Part shown: piece by piece, positions 28,120-39,231 of the stretch
How the letters are laid out: every line of letters starts with the position of its first letter
Position numbering within the stretch: the first letter of the stretch is position 1
Assembly: GCA_963796455.1 (NCBI GenBank)
Contig: CAWCLO010000005.1
Span: 1-64,000 of the forward strand
Length of the DNA stretch: 64,000 nt
Source of the DNA: Candidatus Sulfomarinibacteraceae bacterium
GTDB taxonomy: Bacteria; Acidobacteriota; Thermoanaerobaculia; Thermoanaerobaculales; Sulfomarinibacteraceae
Reading direction: 5' to 3'
Notes under the pieces: generated by a model
Database searches by the model: none
What the model was told of the DNA's origin: nothing
Seen by the model: only the letters and a program-made list of their open reading frames with translations
Position numbers and translations under genes: made by a program

Positions 28120-29127
28120 ATGGCTGAGACCCCACATATCGACATCTTGTACGAGGGCGTGGCGGCATGGAACGAATGGCGCCGGAAAAACCCCGCCGTG
28201 CGGCCGGAGCTTGCGGGTGAAGACCTCAGCGAGATGGATCTCACCGGGGTCAATCTCGGTGAAGCCGATCTCACCGAGGCGGAGCTCTTCCAGACGGAGC
28301 TCTGCGATGCCAACCTCAAAATGGCCGATCTGAGCAGGGCTGACCTCGCCGGAGCGGATCTCAGTCGCGCTGCGCTGTACAAAGCGCAACTCGCCGAGGC
28401 CTGTCTGATCGAGGCAGACCTCACCGGGGCCAGCCTGGGTGCCGCCGATCTACGCGGCGCAGATCTTCGTGGAACAAAACTGCTTGGAGTGGATTTCGAC
28501 GAGGCCGATCTGTCGGGTGCGAACCTGGTGGAGGCCGATTTGACCGGATCCAATCTGACCCACGCCGATATCACCGGTGCGGATTTGCGCAAGGCAAACC
28601 TCGCCGCGACCAATCTGACCGGAATGAAGGACGGCAGTTTTGCCGACAAAAAGGGCCGCTATTACGCTATTCGGGGTCTCGATTCGTGCTTTGGTGACCC
28701 ACTGTTTGTCCGTGATGCGAAAGACCAGGATTATCTCGATACCCTGGCCATCGCCATCGACGAGACGGAGTCGCCTGGTTGGAGACGCTGGAAGTCCTTC
28801 TGGTTTCGCGCCTGGAGTCTGATCGACTACGGACGAAGCCTGGGAAGACTGGCGCTCGGGGCCTTTCTGGTGACGATGTTCTTCGGTTTCATATTTCACC
28901 TCGATAGTATTTTCGGGCTGAACTTCTTCGAATTCCCGACCTCGGCGAACAGCCCCTTGACTCCCTATTATTTCTCGATTGTCACCTTTACCCGGCTCGG
29001 TTCGGGCGGTATCACCCCGCTTCACTGGGTCGGGGAAATCGTGCTGATCGGCGAACGAATTCTCGGTTATGTGACTCTTGGTCTGTTGCTTTCCATCTTG
29101 GCCAACAAAGTGGCGAGGAGAGGTTGA
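28120..29127 (+). CDS. Pentapeptide-repeat protein fused to a 2-TM ion-channel-like domain
   Basis: GVAAWNEWR followed by many A(D/N)Lxx repeats; IDYGRS; pore-like segment YYFSIVTFTRLGSGGITP. Confidence 0.88.
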   Translation: MAETPHIDILYEGVAAWNEWRRKNPAVRPELAGEDLSEMDLTGVNLGEADLTEAELFQTELCDANLKMADLSRADLAGADLSRAALYKAQLAEACLIEADLTGASLGAADLRGADLRGTKLLGVDFDEADLSGANLVEADLTGSNLTHADITGADLRKANLAATNLTGMKDGSFADKKGRYYAIRGLDSCFGDPLFVRDAKDQDYLDTLAIAIDETESPGWRRWKSFWFRAWSLIDYGRSLGRLALGAFLVTMFFGFIFHLDSIFGLNFFEFPTSANSPLTPYYFSIVTFTRLGSGGITPLHWVGEIVLIGERILGYVTLGLLLSILANKVARRG

Positions 29128-29139
29128 GGAGAGGGCGCA

Positions 29140-32100
29140 GTGCTGAAGAACACACCCATTCGAACCAAGTTGTTCTTGGCAGTACTCGGCTGTCGCGATC
29201 CCGGTCCTGATGTTGATGGCGGGGATGGCCTACTGGGGAGGGAAAAGCGCGGCAGTCAGGACGACCTTCGAACACCTGACTTCGGTCAGGGCGAGCAAGG
29301 CGCACGCGATCGAAGAATACTTCGAGCAGATCCGCAAGCAGGCGCGGACGCTGGCCAGGGATCGGATGATCATCGACACGATGGTCGATTTCGACGAGGC
29401 ACACCAGGACCTCCAGGGGGTCGAGTTCGAGTCCGTCACAGTGGGAATCGCTTGAAACCTACTACAGGGAAGTTTTTGGACCGCGGTTGGATGCCGGTGT
29501 CGATTCCCGGATCGATCCGGACGCGTACCTGCCGTCGAACGAGGCCGGCGCATTTCTCCAGTACCATTACATCGTCGCCAACCCGAATGCGGAGCGGGAA
29601 AAGGCGCTCCTCGATGACGCCGGGGACGAGAGTGAATACACCGCGGTCCACCGATCGATTCATCCGATTCTCCGTGACTATGCGCGCGAGTTCGGGTTCC
29701 GCGACCTCTTTTTGATCAGTGGAAGTGGAACCGTCGTTTACACGGTCTCGAAGGAGGTCGACCTCGGTGCCAACCTGATCGACGGCCCGCTCCGGGACTC
29801 CAACCTGGGGACCGTGTTCCAAATGGCCCAGCGCGATTCGCTGAACGGATCGGTCGCGTTTGTCGATTTTGCCCCCTATGAACCGTCGTTCGGCGAACCG
29901 TCCTCTTTTATGGCGGCGCCGATTCTCGATGGAGCATGGTTGCTCGGCGTTCTGGTTTTCCAGATGTCGGTCGGTGAGATCGACGGGGTGATGACAAACA
30001 AACAGAATTGGCACATCGAGGGGCTGGGCGAAACCGGGGAGACCTTTCTCGTCGGGCCCGACTATCTGATGCGTTCGAACTCGCGTTTTGTCCTCGAGGA
30101 CCCTGAGGGCTATGCCGCTGCCGCTGCGGCAGCCGGTGCATCGGATCTCGATGTCCGGCGAATCCGTGATTTTGGAACGACAATCTTGATTCAGGAGGTC
30201 CGGACGAGTGCAGTCGAGGACGCCTTGGCTGGCGATGCCGACACCACGATCTCGACCGACTATCTCGGAGTCGAGGTTCTCTCTTCACATGCGCCGCTGG
30301 ATATCGAAGGTGTCGAGTGGGCAATCGTCTCGGAGATCGATTCGGATGAGGCCTTTTCCCAGATCCGGACCTTCACCCGGAACCTGGTGCTGTTGATGGC
30401 CTCGATGCTTGCCGTTCTGCTGGTGGTCGCCTGGATGCTCTCGCGCTTTGTGGTGGCCCCGATCGTAGGTCTCGAGAGCGCGGCGAAAAGATTTGCTGAT
30501 GGCGAGATGGATGTCGAGGTCCCGACTTCTTCGAACGACGAGTTGGGTCGACTGGCTCTGACCTTCAACAGGATGGTTTCGGCCATCAGGCAAAAGACCT
30601 CGGACCTCAAAAAGACGGCGGAAGAACTCGAGGGCATCAGCAGCGTCATCCTCCGCTGGGACGACCAGGGCAGGATTACGTTCATCAATGACTACGGCCT
30701 CGATCTGTTTGGATTCAGCGCCGATGAACTGATCGGAAAGACCCTTGTGGGCTCCATCGTTCCCGCCTCCGTCGAGGTCGAGCAGAGCATCAGGCGGATG
30801 GTCGACGAGATCGTTCGCGACCCCGCCAAGTACGAGATCGACGAGACTGAAAACCAGCGCAAAAATGGTGACTGGGTCTGGATGGCGTGGCGGAATACCC
30901 CGATCCTGAACGAAGACGGCAGCTTGAACGAAATTCTCACGATCGGTATCGACATCAGCGAAAGGCGGCGGATCGAGCGCCAAGTCGCCGAGCAGAAGCT
31001 GATGCTCGAAAACACCCTCGAGTCACTGACCCATCCCTTTTACGTGATCGACGCGGAGGACTATTCCATCAAGATCGCCAACTCGGCGGCGCGCTCCCTT
31101 GGGCAGGCAGGGGCATCAACCTGCCACGCTCTCACCCACGGGAGCCCGACGCCGTGCAACACCAAAAAGCATATTTGCCCGATGGTCGAGGTCAAAAAGA
31201 CAAAAAAACCGGTGATCGTGGAACACATCCACAACGATGCCGACGGCAATCCGAGATTCGTGGAGGTCAACGGCTACCCCATCTTTGATGAGGATGGCGA
31301 AGTCGTGCAGATGATCGAGTATTCCATCGATATCACGGAGCGTAAGGAAGCCGAAGAGAAGCTGAAGCAGAGCGAAAAGTTGATTCGCTCGATGGTCGAG
31401 AACATGCCGGGTGTGGTCTACAGGTGTCTGCCGAACGATCCTTGGACGATGCTCTTTCTCAGCGACGAAATCAAAAACCTCTCCGGCTACCCGGCTGCTG
31501 ATTTTCTCGGCGACGAGCCAAAGAGAGCTTTCGGCATGATCATGCACGAGGCTGATCGTGAAACCGTTGCTGAAAACACAAAAAAAGCCCTTGAAGCCCA
31601 CCTCCCCTATAGCCACGAGTACCGCGTGATCGATCGAGATGGTGCCATCCACTGGGTCTACGCCAAGGGCCAGGGGATATTCGACGATGCCGGCGAAGCA
31701 ATGTATCTGGATGGCGCGATCTTCGACGTCTCCGAAAAAAAAGAGATGGAACTGCAACTCCAGGAGGCCAAGGAAATCGCCGAAAGCGCCAACCGCGCCA
31801 AGAGCACCTTCCTCGCCAACATGAGCCACGAGTTGCGGACACCCATGAACGCCATCATCGGCTATTCGGAGATGCTGGCCGAGGACGCCGAAGACGAAGG
31901 TCACGACGAAATGGTCCCGGATCTCGAAAAGATCAATGCCGCCGGCAAACATCTCCTGGCCCTGATCAACGACATCCTCGATCTGTCGAAGATCGAGGCG
32001 GGACGGATGGATCTCTATCTCGAGCGCATCGATCTCAAAAAGATGTTGGATGAAGCGGCGGCCACCGTCCAACCGCTGATCAGCAAGAACAAGAACCGAT

Positions 32101-33320
32101 TGCAGACGGATTTCGCCGATGATCTGGGAACGGTGCGTGCCGATTTGACCAAGCTCCGCCAATCGCTCTTCAATCTCCTGTCGAACGCGGCCAAATTCAC
32201 CGATGGCGGCACGATCACCCTTTCAGCAGCAAGACAAATGAGGGGTGAGGTCGAGTGGCTTCTGCTCGGCGTCACGGACACCGGGATCGGTATTCCCCAA
32301 GACAAGCTCGACACGGTATTCGAGGAGTTCTCCCAGGCCGACGACTCCACGACCCGTGACTATGGCGGGACCGGTCTCGGTCTGCCGATCAGCAGGCGTT
32401 TCTGCCAGATGATGGGAGGCGATATCACGGTCGCGAGCGAGACCGGCCGGGGAACGACATTCACCATCGAGCTTCCGGCCCAGGTCGATGCCCTCGAGGT
32501 TGCTCGAGCCGTATCCGAGATCGAAGAAGAGGCTGTACCGACCGGCCCGAGCGCCGGTGGAGATACGGTCCTGATTGTTGACGACGATCCGAACTCCCGG
32601 GACCTGTTGCAGCGGACCCTTCAGTCTGAAGGGTACACGGTTGCTACCGCATCAACGGGTGAGGAAGGTATCGAGCTGGCGCGGAGGCTGAAGCCTTCGC
32701 TGATGACTCTCGATGTTTTGATGCCCAGCATGGACGGCTGGTCGGTCCTGCAGGCGGTGAAGGCCGATCCCGAACTCGAGCACATTCCGGTGATGATGAT
32801 TTCGATCGCCGGCGACAAAGAAATGGGATACACCCTCGGGGCTGTCGAATGTCTCACCAAACCCGTTGATCGGGACAGGCTGAGGCAGCTTGCCGCGCAG
32901 TACGCCCGGCCGAGCGGTGGTGGGCACGCGTTGATCGTTGACGATGACGAGGGGATTCGCTCGCTTTTTCGACGCGCCCTGACGGATGATGGCTGGACGG
33001 TGGACGAGGCTGAAGATGGTGCCGTGGCCCTCGACAGGGTGAACGCTCGCCGGCCTCAATTGATCCTCCTCGATTTGATGATGCCGGTGATGGACGGCTT
33101 CGAGTTCGTGATGCACTATCGCAAGCTGGATGGATGTCTGGCGACCCCGATCATCGTCGTGACGTCCAAGGACCTCTCCGCGGGCGAGCGCGAACAGCTT
33201 CTCGGAGGCGTGGAGCGGATCGTTGAGAAAGGTGCACTCACGAAGAACCAACTTCTGGATCAGGTTCGGGAGCTGGTTTCTGAGCGGTCGAGGCCTTCCG
33301 GGAGCCCGGAAAGCGTATGA
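29140..33320 (+). pseudogene. Hybrid sensor kinase (Cache-HAMP-3xPAS-HisKA-HATPase-2xREC) with two frameshifts near 29190 and 29432
   Basis: FLANMSHELRTP, NLLSNAAKFT, GGTGLGL and two receivers lie in the 29487-33320 frame. The N-terminal TM/periplasmic part is spread over three frames (MLKNTPIRTKLFLAVL / VAIPVLMLMAG...VEF / PSQWESLETYYREVF). Confidence 0.82.
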
Positions 33321-33343
33321 TTACGAAGAGTGAGGTGAACTGA

Positions 33344-33703
33344 ATGGCGAGGATTCTGCTCGTAGAGGACAACGAAATGAACCGCGACATGCTGTCGCGT
33401 CGATTGAAGAAACGGGGACACGATGTCTCGATAGCGGTCGATGGACGCGAGGGCGTCGATATGGCAACGGCCGATCATCCCGAAATCATCCTTCTCGATA
33501 TGAGTCTGCCGGTGATGGATGGGTGGGAGGCGTCTCGGTTGCTCAAAGCGGATGCCGGAACAAAGGGCATCCCAATCATCGCCCTCACAGCCCATGCGAT
33601 GTCGGGCGATCGTGAGAAATGTCTCGAGGCTGGTGCTGACGACTACGACACCAAACCCGTGGATTTCAAACGGCTGCTGGGTAAGATCGAAGCGCTGCTC
33701 TAG
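33344..33703 (+). CDS. Single-domain response regulator (DivK-like)
   Basis: LVEDNEMNRDML, LDMSLP, ALTAHAM, DTKP. Confidence 0.93.
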   Translation: MARILLVEDNEMNRDMLSRRLKKRGHDVSIAVDGREGVDMATADHPEIILLDMSLPVMDGWEASRLLKADAGTKGIPIIALTAHAMSGDREKCLEAGADDYDTKPVDFKRLLGKIEALL

Positions 33704-33723
33704 GCCGGTCGCGAACCGAACAC

Positions 33724-34692
33724 ACCACAGAGACACAGAGATCGAGCAGAGGGCGGCAGCGTCAGAGGAATGCCCGCTGATCACGCAGATGGCGCAGATC
33801 CATCGCTATCGCTATCGCTATCGCTATCGACGGGAGACGGGACCGGATATCCCACAGATTACCCAGATCACCCAGATAGCGGACGTCGCAACCACCAAGA
33901 CACAAAGACACGAAGGAGTCACACCAAGAAAACCACAGAGGCACGGAGACACAGAGAGATCACAGAGGAGAAGTGCAGCCGAGACGGCTGCACCACCATG
34001 GTGGTGCACGCGTCTCGCGTGCACATTGATGAACCGCAAAGAACGCAAAGAGCTGAATGGCGAGCTTGTGAGGTGTTGCCATCAGTGTCGGCAGATCGAC
34101 AGACGATCTCCAATCGCCTGTCACCGGTGAGAAGCGGGGTGACCCCGATCGCCGGCGCTCGGAGTCACCCCGCTCCCCACCGGCCGGCACGCCTCCGGCA
34201 TGCCGGATCTGCCTTGCATCGGAGACCCCCCTTTCTTGATTGAAGGACAGGGAAGGGAGGAGGCGATGCCTGCGCGGTCGCGCAGGCAGCTGGGTCAGGA
34301 AACCGCGACGAAAGCTGGTTTTCGGGGCGGTTTCCTGACCCAGCTGTACCTGGCCGCCCTTGGCGGCCAGAATCTCGCCGGGCGGAGGATTCTTCCGGGA
34401 CGTCCTCTGCGTCTCTGCGCCTTTGCGTCTTTGCGTTAAGAACCCGAGAGGCGGACGTGGATTGTTTGCGGCGGTGGCTGATGTCTCTGCAATTGATCCG
34501 TCATCTGCGTCTATCCGCGTGATCTGCGGGCAAATCGTGCGGCCGTGCGATGGCTTCTGTGTTTTTCTGTGTGTTCTGTGGGCCTTCGCGCTGTTTTATT
34601 CTGTCTTCTTTGTGATGCCTTCGTGTCTTTGTGCCTTCGTGTTTGCGACGTGATGGCCCGGCCGTTCAGGTTCGGCTCTGTGCCTCTGTGGT
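33724..34692. repeat. Composite ~1 kb palindromic repeat element, copy 1
   Basis: Purine-rich ~9-bp-periodic modules on the left and their reverse complements on the right, a REP pair, and a conserved core with a perfect 20-bp stem at 34287-34346. Confidence 0.88.
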
Positions 34693-34721
34693 CTACCCGC
34701 TGACTGGTCGAAAAGGGTGGC

Positions 34722-35537
34722 TCAATGACCGCCGGAGAACTGCAACTTCCAGGTGGCGACATTTTCGCGGACATAATCCGCGCAACGGACGGAATCTCTG
34801 AATGCGCGTTCCTGGCCGGCGCGGAGCTGGCTGACCGAGATCGCATCGACACAGATCAGTTCGCCGGAGACGTCATAAAAACTCAGATCGAAATTGGCGA
34901 CCTGGTAGGCGCTTCCTGAACGGTTGACCACCACTCCCATCACATCAACCCATGTGCCATCGGCGCGTGAGTGTTTGACCTGACCTTTGAGCTCGAATTC
35001 GGGAGGGGTGCCCACCGGTTCGTTTGCTTGCGCGAGAACGGCTGTTGTCGCGACGGCCTCGGATGCCGCTGATTCAATGCTCTCCACGGGGACATCGGGT
35101 TCTTCGGCCGCCAAATCGGGCGCTGATTCGATGGCTTCGGCGACCGCCGCGGCCTTGGCTTCCTCGGCCTTCTGACAGTCATCCTCACTGCTGATCGCGA
35201 GGGCGGCATAGCCCTTTTTGATGACCTGCGCGTAGGCCGAAATTCCGTTGCCCGACCACTGGAGCTTTTTTTCGTCGCCCGCGCCGCGGACATTCGTATA
35301 GCCCGCCATCAGATCATCGATCTCGTCGAGGATGTCTTTGCCGTCGGTTTTCAAGAGCAGCAGCAGACCACCGTGGCGGCCGATCTCCGCACTTTCGAGG
35401 GAAAGCGGTGAATCGACCGGGAGTATTACCGAGGTGTCAACGGAGCCTTTACAGAGTGTGGCACCGAGAAACTCCGCTGCTACGCTTGGGATTGCCGCAA
35501 AGAGAACGATCATGATCGTGATGAAAAACGGACGCAT
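34722..35537 (-). CDS. Exported hypothetical protein with a C-terminal FxLYD-like domain
   Basis: Signal peptide; V.GVVVN.S...FDLSFYD.SG.LI...L.AGQ.R.F. Confidence 0.6.
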   Translation of the reverse strand: MRPFFITIMIVLFAAIPSVAAEFLGATLCKGSVDTSVILPVDSPLSLESAEIGRHGGLLLLLKTDGKDILDEIDDLMAGYTNVRGAGDEKKLQWSGNGISAYAQVIKKGYAALAISSEDDCQKAEEAKAAAVAEAIESAPDLAAEEPDVPVESIESAASEAVATTAVLAQANEPVGTPPEFELKGQVKHSRADGTWVDVMGVVVNRSGSAYQVANFDLSFYDVSGELICVDAISVSQLRAGQERAFRDSVRCADYVRENVATWKLQFSGGH

Positions 35538-35658
35538 GGTGGCTCCTCCGACGGGTACGCGATGATTGTAGCCGGAACCCAGTCAGATTTTCCGAGCGAC
35601 CGGACTTGTCGTCTCGAATTTTGGGGCTTCCCTGTTCTTGAGGTAGGATTCGTGCACC

Positions 35659-36408
35659 ATGACGGCCAAACCAAGCTTGTTCCAGTTGTATCGAAAGCAG
35701 CCGTACCGCAATATCTTCTTTGCACTCCTGGTGCTCATCCTGATTGATGCCCTGGCGCCGAACGAATATGCGCGCGGTCGTTTTGCGGACCTCATGGTCG
35801 CGGGGGTGTTGCTGGCGGCGCTGGTCGAAACCGTCTGGTCCAGACACAATGCCGTGTGGGCCTTGGTTTGGGGTGTGCCGGCCATCCTGGCTCGAGTCAT
35901 CGCTGCCTTCCGGCCGGACACGACGGCGCAGAACACGACGGTTCTGGTTCTCACTGTGGTGTATTTCCTTTTCTTGATCTGGAATCTACTTCACGATCTC
36001 AACCAGGGCGGCCGTTCGACCAGCGAACGGGTTTTTGGAGCCCTGTGCGCATATGTTTTTGTCGGTATTCTTTTTGCGTTGATCTATGCCCACCTGGAGT
36101 ATCGAGAGCCCGGCTCGTTCACGATCTCCAACCAACGGCTCGCCGACGAGGCAGCGGGTGAGTCGTCGCAGATCCCTCTTTTCAACTATTTCAGTTTCGT
36201 GACGATCACCACTCTCGGTTATGGGGATATCACGCCGGTTTCTGAGCACGCACGGACACTGGCTTGGTTAGAGGCTCTTTTCGGCCAGCTCTATCTTGCG
36301 GTGATGGTGGCGGCATTCGTGGCTCTTCACGTGTCCGAGGGATCGCGGCGGAAAGATCCGGCTGACCCGGACAGAGGACCTCCTTTGAACCGAGAACCCG
36401 GTCAATAA
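35659..36408 (+). CDS. Potassium channel family protein (Ion_trans_2)
   Basis: YFSFVTITTLGYGDITP selectivity filter; EALFGQLYLAV. Confidence 0.9.
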   Translation: MTAKPSLFQLYRKQPYRNIFFALLVLILIDALAPNEYARGRFADLMVAGVLLAALVETVWSRHNAVWALVWGVPAILARVIAAFRPDTTAQNTTVLVLTVVYFLFLIWNLLHDLNQGGRSTSERVFGALCAYVFVGILFALIYAHLEYREPGSFTISNQRLADEAAGESSQIPLFNYFSFVTITTLGYGDITPVSEHARTLAWLEALFGQLYLAVMVAAFVALHVSEGSRRKDPADPDRGPPLNREPGQ

Positions 36409-36422
36409 GAGGGCACGACCAC

Positions 36423-38189
36423 ATGCAGTTGGCATCAATCGACTGGATCGTTATCGCCGTGTGCCTGGGATCGGCATTTGCCCCGGCGCTTTTTCTCGCT
36501 CGCCGGGCCGGCAGCGGCACGGCCGAGTTTTTTGCATCGGGAAGATCGGCACCATGGTGGCTGATCGGCACCTCGATGGTGGCCACGACCTTTTCAACCG
36601 ACACTCCGAATCTGGTCACCGATTTTGTCCGTACCGGGGGCGTTTCGCAGAACTGGGCGTGGTGGGCCTTCCTCCTGACCGGGATGATGACGGTCTTTTT
36701 CTACGCCCGAATGTGGCGGCGGTCGGGTGTGCTCACCGATCTCGAGTTCTACGAACTCCGCTACTCCGGTCGCTCGGCGGCCTTTGTTCGTGGCTTCCGG
36801 GCGGTCTATCTCGGTCTCTTCTTCAACTGCGCCATCATGGCTGCTGTGACCCTGGCCGCGGTCAAGGTTGCGAACGTGATGCTCGGGTGGAGCCGGCTTC
36901 AGACCGTGATCATCTGCGGCGTGATCTGTGTGGTTTTTTCAGCCATCGCCGGGCTCTGGGGGGTGATGGCGTCGGATCTCGTCCAGTTCGTCATCGCCAT
37001 GGTTGGTGTGTTGGCTGCTGCATATGTGGCCCTGTCCCAACCCGAGGTCGGCGGGTTGTCCGGGATGGTGGCGAAGATCGATCCCGAAACCCTGCGGCTG
37101 TTGCCCGATTTTTCGAACTGGAGCCTGACCTTCTCCGTTCTGATCATCCCACTCACGATCCAGTGGTGGTCGGTGTGGTATCCCGGGTCGGAACCCGGAG
37201 GCGGGTCCTATATCGCGCAACGTATGCTGGCAGCAAAGGACGAGAAGAACGCGATGGCCGCGACCCTGTGGTTCAATATCGCCCACTATGCCCTGCGGCC
37301 GTGGCCGTGGATCATCGTCGCCCTGTGTTCGATGCTTGTCTTCCCGACCCTCGGTGATATCAAGACCGCACTGCCCCATGTTTCCGACGAGTTGATCGGT
37401 AACGATCTCGCGTATCCGGCCATGTTGACCCTGCTGCCGGCGGGTCTGCTGGGTTTGCTGGTGGCCTCACTGCTTTCGGCCTACGTCTCGACCATGTCCA
37501 CGCACCTGAATTGGGGCTGCTCCTATCTGGTGCATGATCTTTATCGCCGCTTTCTCAACCCCGAGGCATCGGAGAGGCACCTCGTATGGCTGTCGCGGGT
37601 GATCACCGTCTTCCTGATGGTGCTCTCCGGCGCGACCGTCTTTCTGCTCTCAACGGCCGGGGAGGCTTTCCACCTCCTGTTGTCCATCGGCGCCGGCACC
37701 GGGTTGATCTATCTCCTGCGGTGGTTTTGGTGGCGCATCAACGCATGGTCTGAAATCGCCGCCATGGCTGCGTCTTTCACCATCGCGCTGTCCCTCTTTT
37801 TTGCCCGGAAGGCGGGGCTCGAATTGTCATCTCACGCGGCCCTCGTGTGGTCGGTGGCGCTGACAACCGTGGTGTGGGTCGTGGTGACCTTCGCGACCAA
37901 ACCCACGGAAACCGAGACCCTGCGGCGATTCTACCGGAGAGTCCGCCCCGCCGGACGTGGTTGGGCAAAGGTCGTGGAACCCGAGGACCAGATCGGGCCG
38001 CGGGACAGTCTTTCTCTGGCTCTCGCCGGCTGGGTGCTCGGCTGCACTTTTGTCTACGCAAGCCTTTTCGGAACCGGGGCACTGCTTTACGGGCAGATGG
38101 CGCAGGGCATCGTCTGTTGGGTGGTCGCGGTCGCTTCGGGTCTCGGCTTGGCGTGGGTGGTCCCGAAAGTGTGGCAGGACGGCAGCTGA
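36423..38189 (+). CDS. Sodium:solute symporter (SSS) family protein
   Basis: FFASGRSAPWW..GTSMVATTF, YIAQRMLAAK, AYVST.STHLNWG; more than 12 TM helices. Confidence 0.92.
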   Translation: MQLASIDWIVIAVCLGSAFAPALFLARRAGSGTAEFFASGRSAPWWLIGTSMVATTFSTDTPNLVTDFVRTGGVSQNWAWWAFLLTGMMTVFFYARMWRRSGVLTDLEFYELRYSGRSAAFVRGFRAVYLGLFFNCAIMAAVTLAAVKVANVMLGWSRLQTVIICGVICVVFSAIAGLWGVMASDLVQFVIAMVGVLAAAYVALSQPEVGGLSGMVAKIDPETLRLLPDFSNWSLTFSVLIIPLTIQWWSVWYPGSEPGGGSYIAQRMLAAKDEKNAMAATLWFNIAHYALRPWPWIIVALCSMLVFPTLGDIKTALPHVSDELIGNDLAYPAMLTLLPAGLLGLLVASLLSAYVSTMSTHLNWGCSYLVHDLYRRFLNPEASERHLVWLSRVITVFLMVLSGATVFLLSTAGEAFHLLLSIGAGTGLIYLLRWFWWRINAWSEIAAMAASFTIALSLFFARKAGLELSSHAALVWSVALTTVVWVVVTFATKPTETETLRRFYRRVRPAGRGWAKVVEPEDQIGPRDSLSLALAGWVLGCTFVYASLFGTGALLYGQMAQGIVCWVVAVASGLGLAWVVPKVWQDGS

Positions 38190-38352
38190 GAAAAGATCGA
38201 CGAGGGCACGGATCGTGGTCTCTGAGCCTTGACTCGATATATGATGAAGTGGTGAGTCTTCGCGTCGAATTGAGTGGGAACCGCGATCCGAGCCTGGTCT
38301 TTGATCACAAAAGACCGGGTGATTCGTGGTCGGACATCGAAAGGACCGCTTG

Positions 38353-39210
38353 ATGCAGCTGAAAAACCCTGATGCTGATGTCTTCGTGCCCGACGGCTCG
38401 TCAGTGGCGGAGGCTCTCACGAAAACGACGCACATGGCTGTGGGTGCGCACCAGGACGATATCGAATTCATGGCACTCCACGGGATCCTCGAGTGTTTCA
38501 ACCGGACCGATCGCTGGTTTACCGGTATCACGGTGACGGATGGGTCCGATGGTGTCAAAAGCGGCACCTACGCGCAGTACTCGGACGACGAGATGCGAAA
38601 GATCCGGATCGGTGAGCAGCGGAAGGCGGCCCTGGTCGGCAACTACGCCTGCCAGATCCAGCTTGGATTCCCGAGTGCGGTTGTCAGGGACCCGTCGAAG
38701 GACGAAGTGGTGGTCTATCTCAAAGCGATCTTCGAGGGCGCGAGACCGGATATCGTCTATCTCCACAATCCCGCCGACCGACACGACACCCATGTGGCCT
38801 GTTGCCTTCGTGCGATCAAAGCTCTGCGCCAGGTGCCCGAGAGCATTCGCCCGCAAAAGGTCTATGGCTGCGAAGTGTGGCAGGGTCTCGATTGGATGCT
38901 CGACGAGGACAAGGAAATTCTACCGGTCGACGGCCACGACAGCGTTGCCGACGCTCTGGCCGGGGTTTTTGACTCTCAAATATCGGGTGGCAAGCGCTAT
39001 GACCTGGCGGTTCGTGGACGCCGTCATTCCAATGCGACCTTTCTCGCATCGAGAGAACCCGATACCCATCGATCGCTGACCCTCGCGGTGGATCTGACGC
39101 CGCTGATCGCAGACCCCACACTCAACGTCGGTGATCACATGCTGGCCAAGCTCCGCCGGACGAAGGACGACATCACCGACCGCATTATTCGGATGAGCGG
39201 TCCGCTCTGA
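38353..39210 (+). CDS. PIG-L/LmbE-family deacetylase
   Basis: GAHQDD, VTDG, RxxEQ, HNPADRHDTH, FDSQI. Confidence 0.88.
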   Translation: MQLKNPDADVFVPDGSSVAEALTKTTHMAVGAHQDDIEFMALHGILECFNRTDRWFTGITVTDGSDGVKSGTYAQYSDDEMRKIRIGEQRKAALVGNYACQIQLGFPSAVVRDPSKDEVVVYLKAIFEGARPDIVYLHNPADRHDTHVACCLRAIKALRQVPESIRPQKVYGCEVWQGLDWMLDEDKEILPVDGHDSVADALAGVFDSQISGGKRYDLAVRGRRHSNATFLASREPDTHRSLTLAVDLTPLIADPTLNVGDHMLAKLRRTKDDITDRIIRMSGPL

Positions 39211-39231
39211 GACCGGCATAGGGGACAGATT

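Noticed and set aside
33724..34692. Short ORFs inside the composite repeats (also at 49.6-50.8 kb and 55.7-56.7 kb)
   Set aside because: Low-complexity translations of repeat modules; frames are not conserved between copies.
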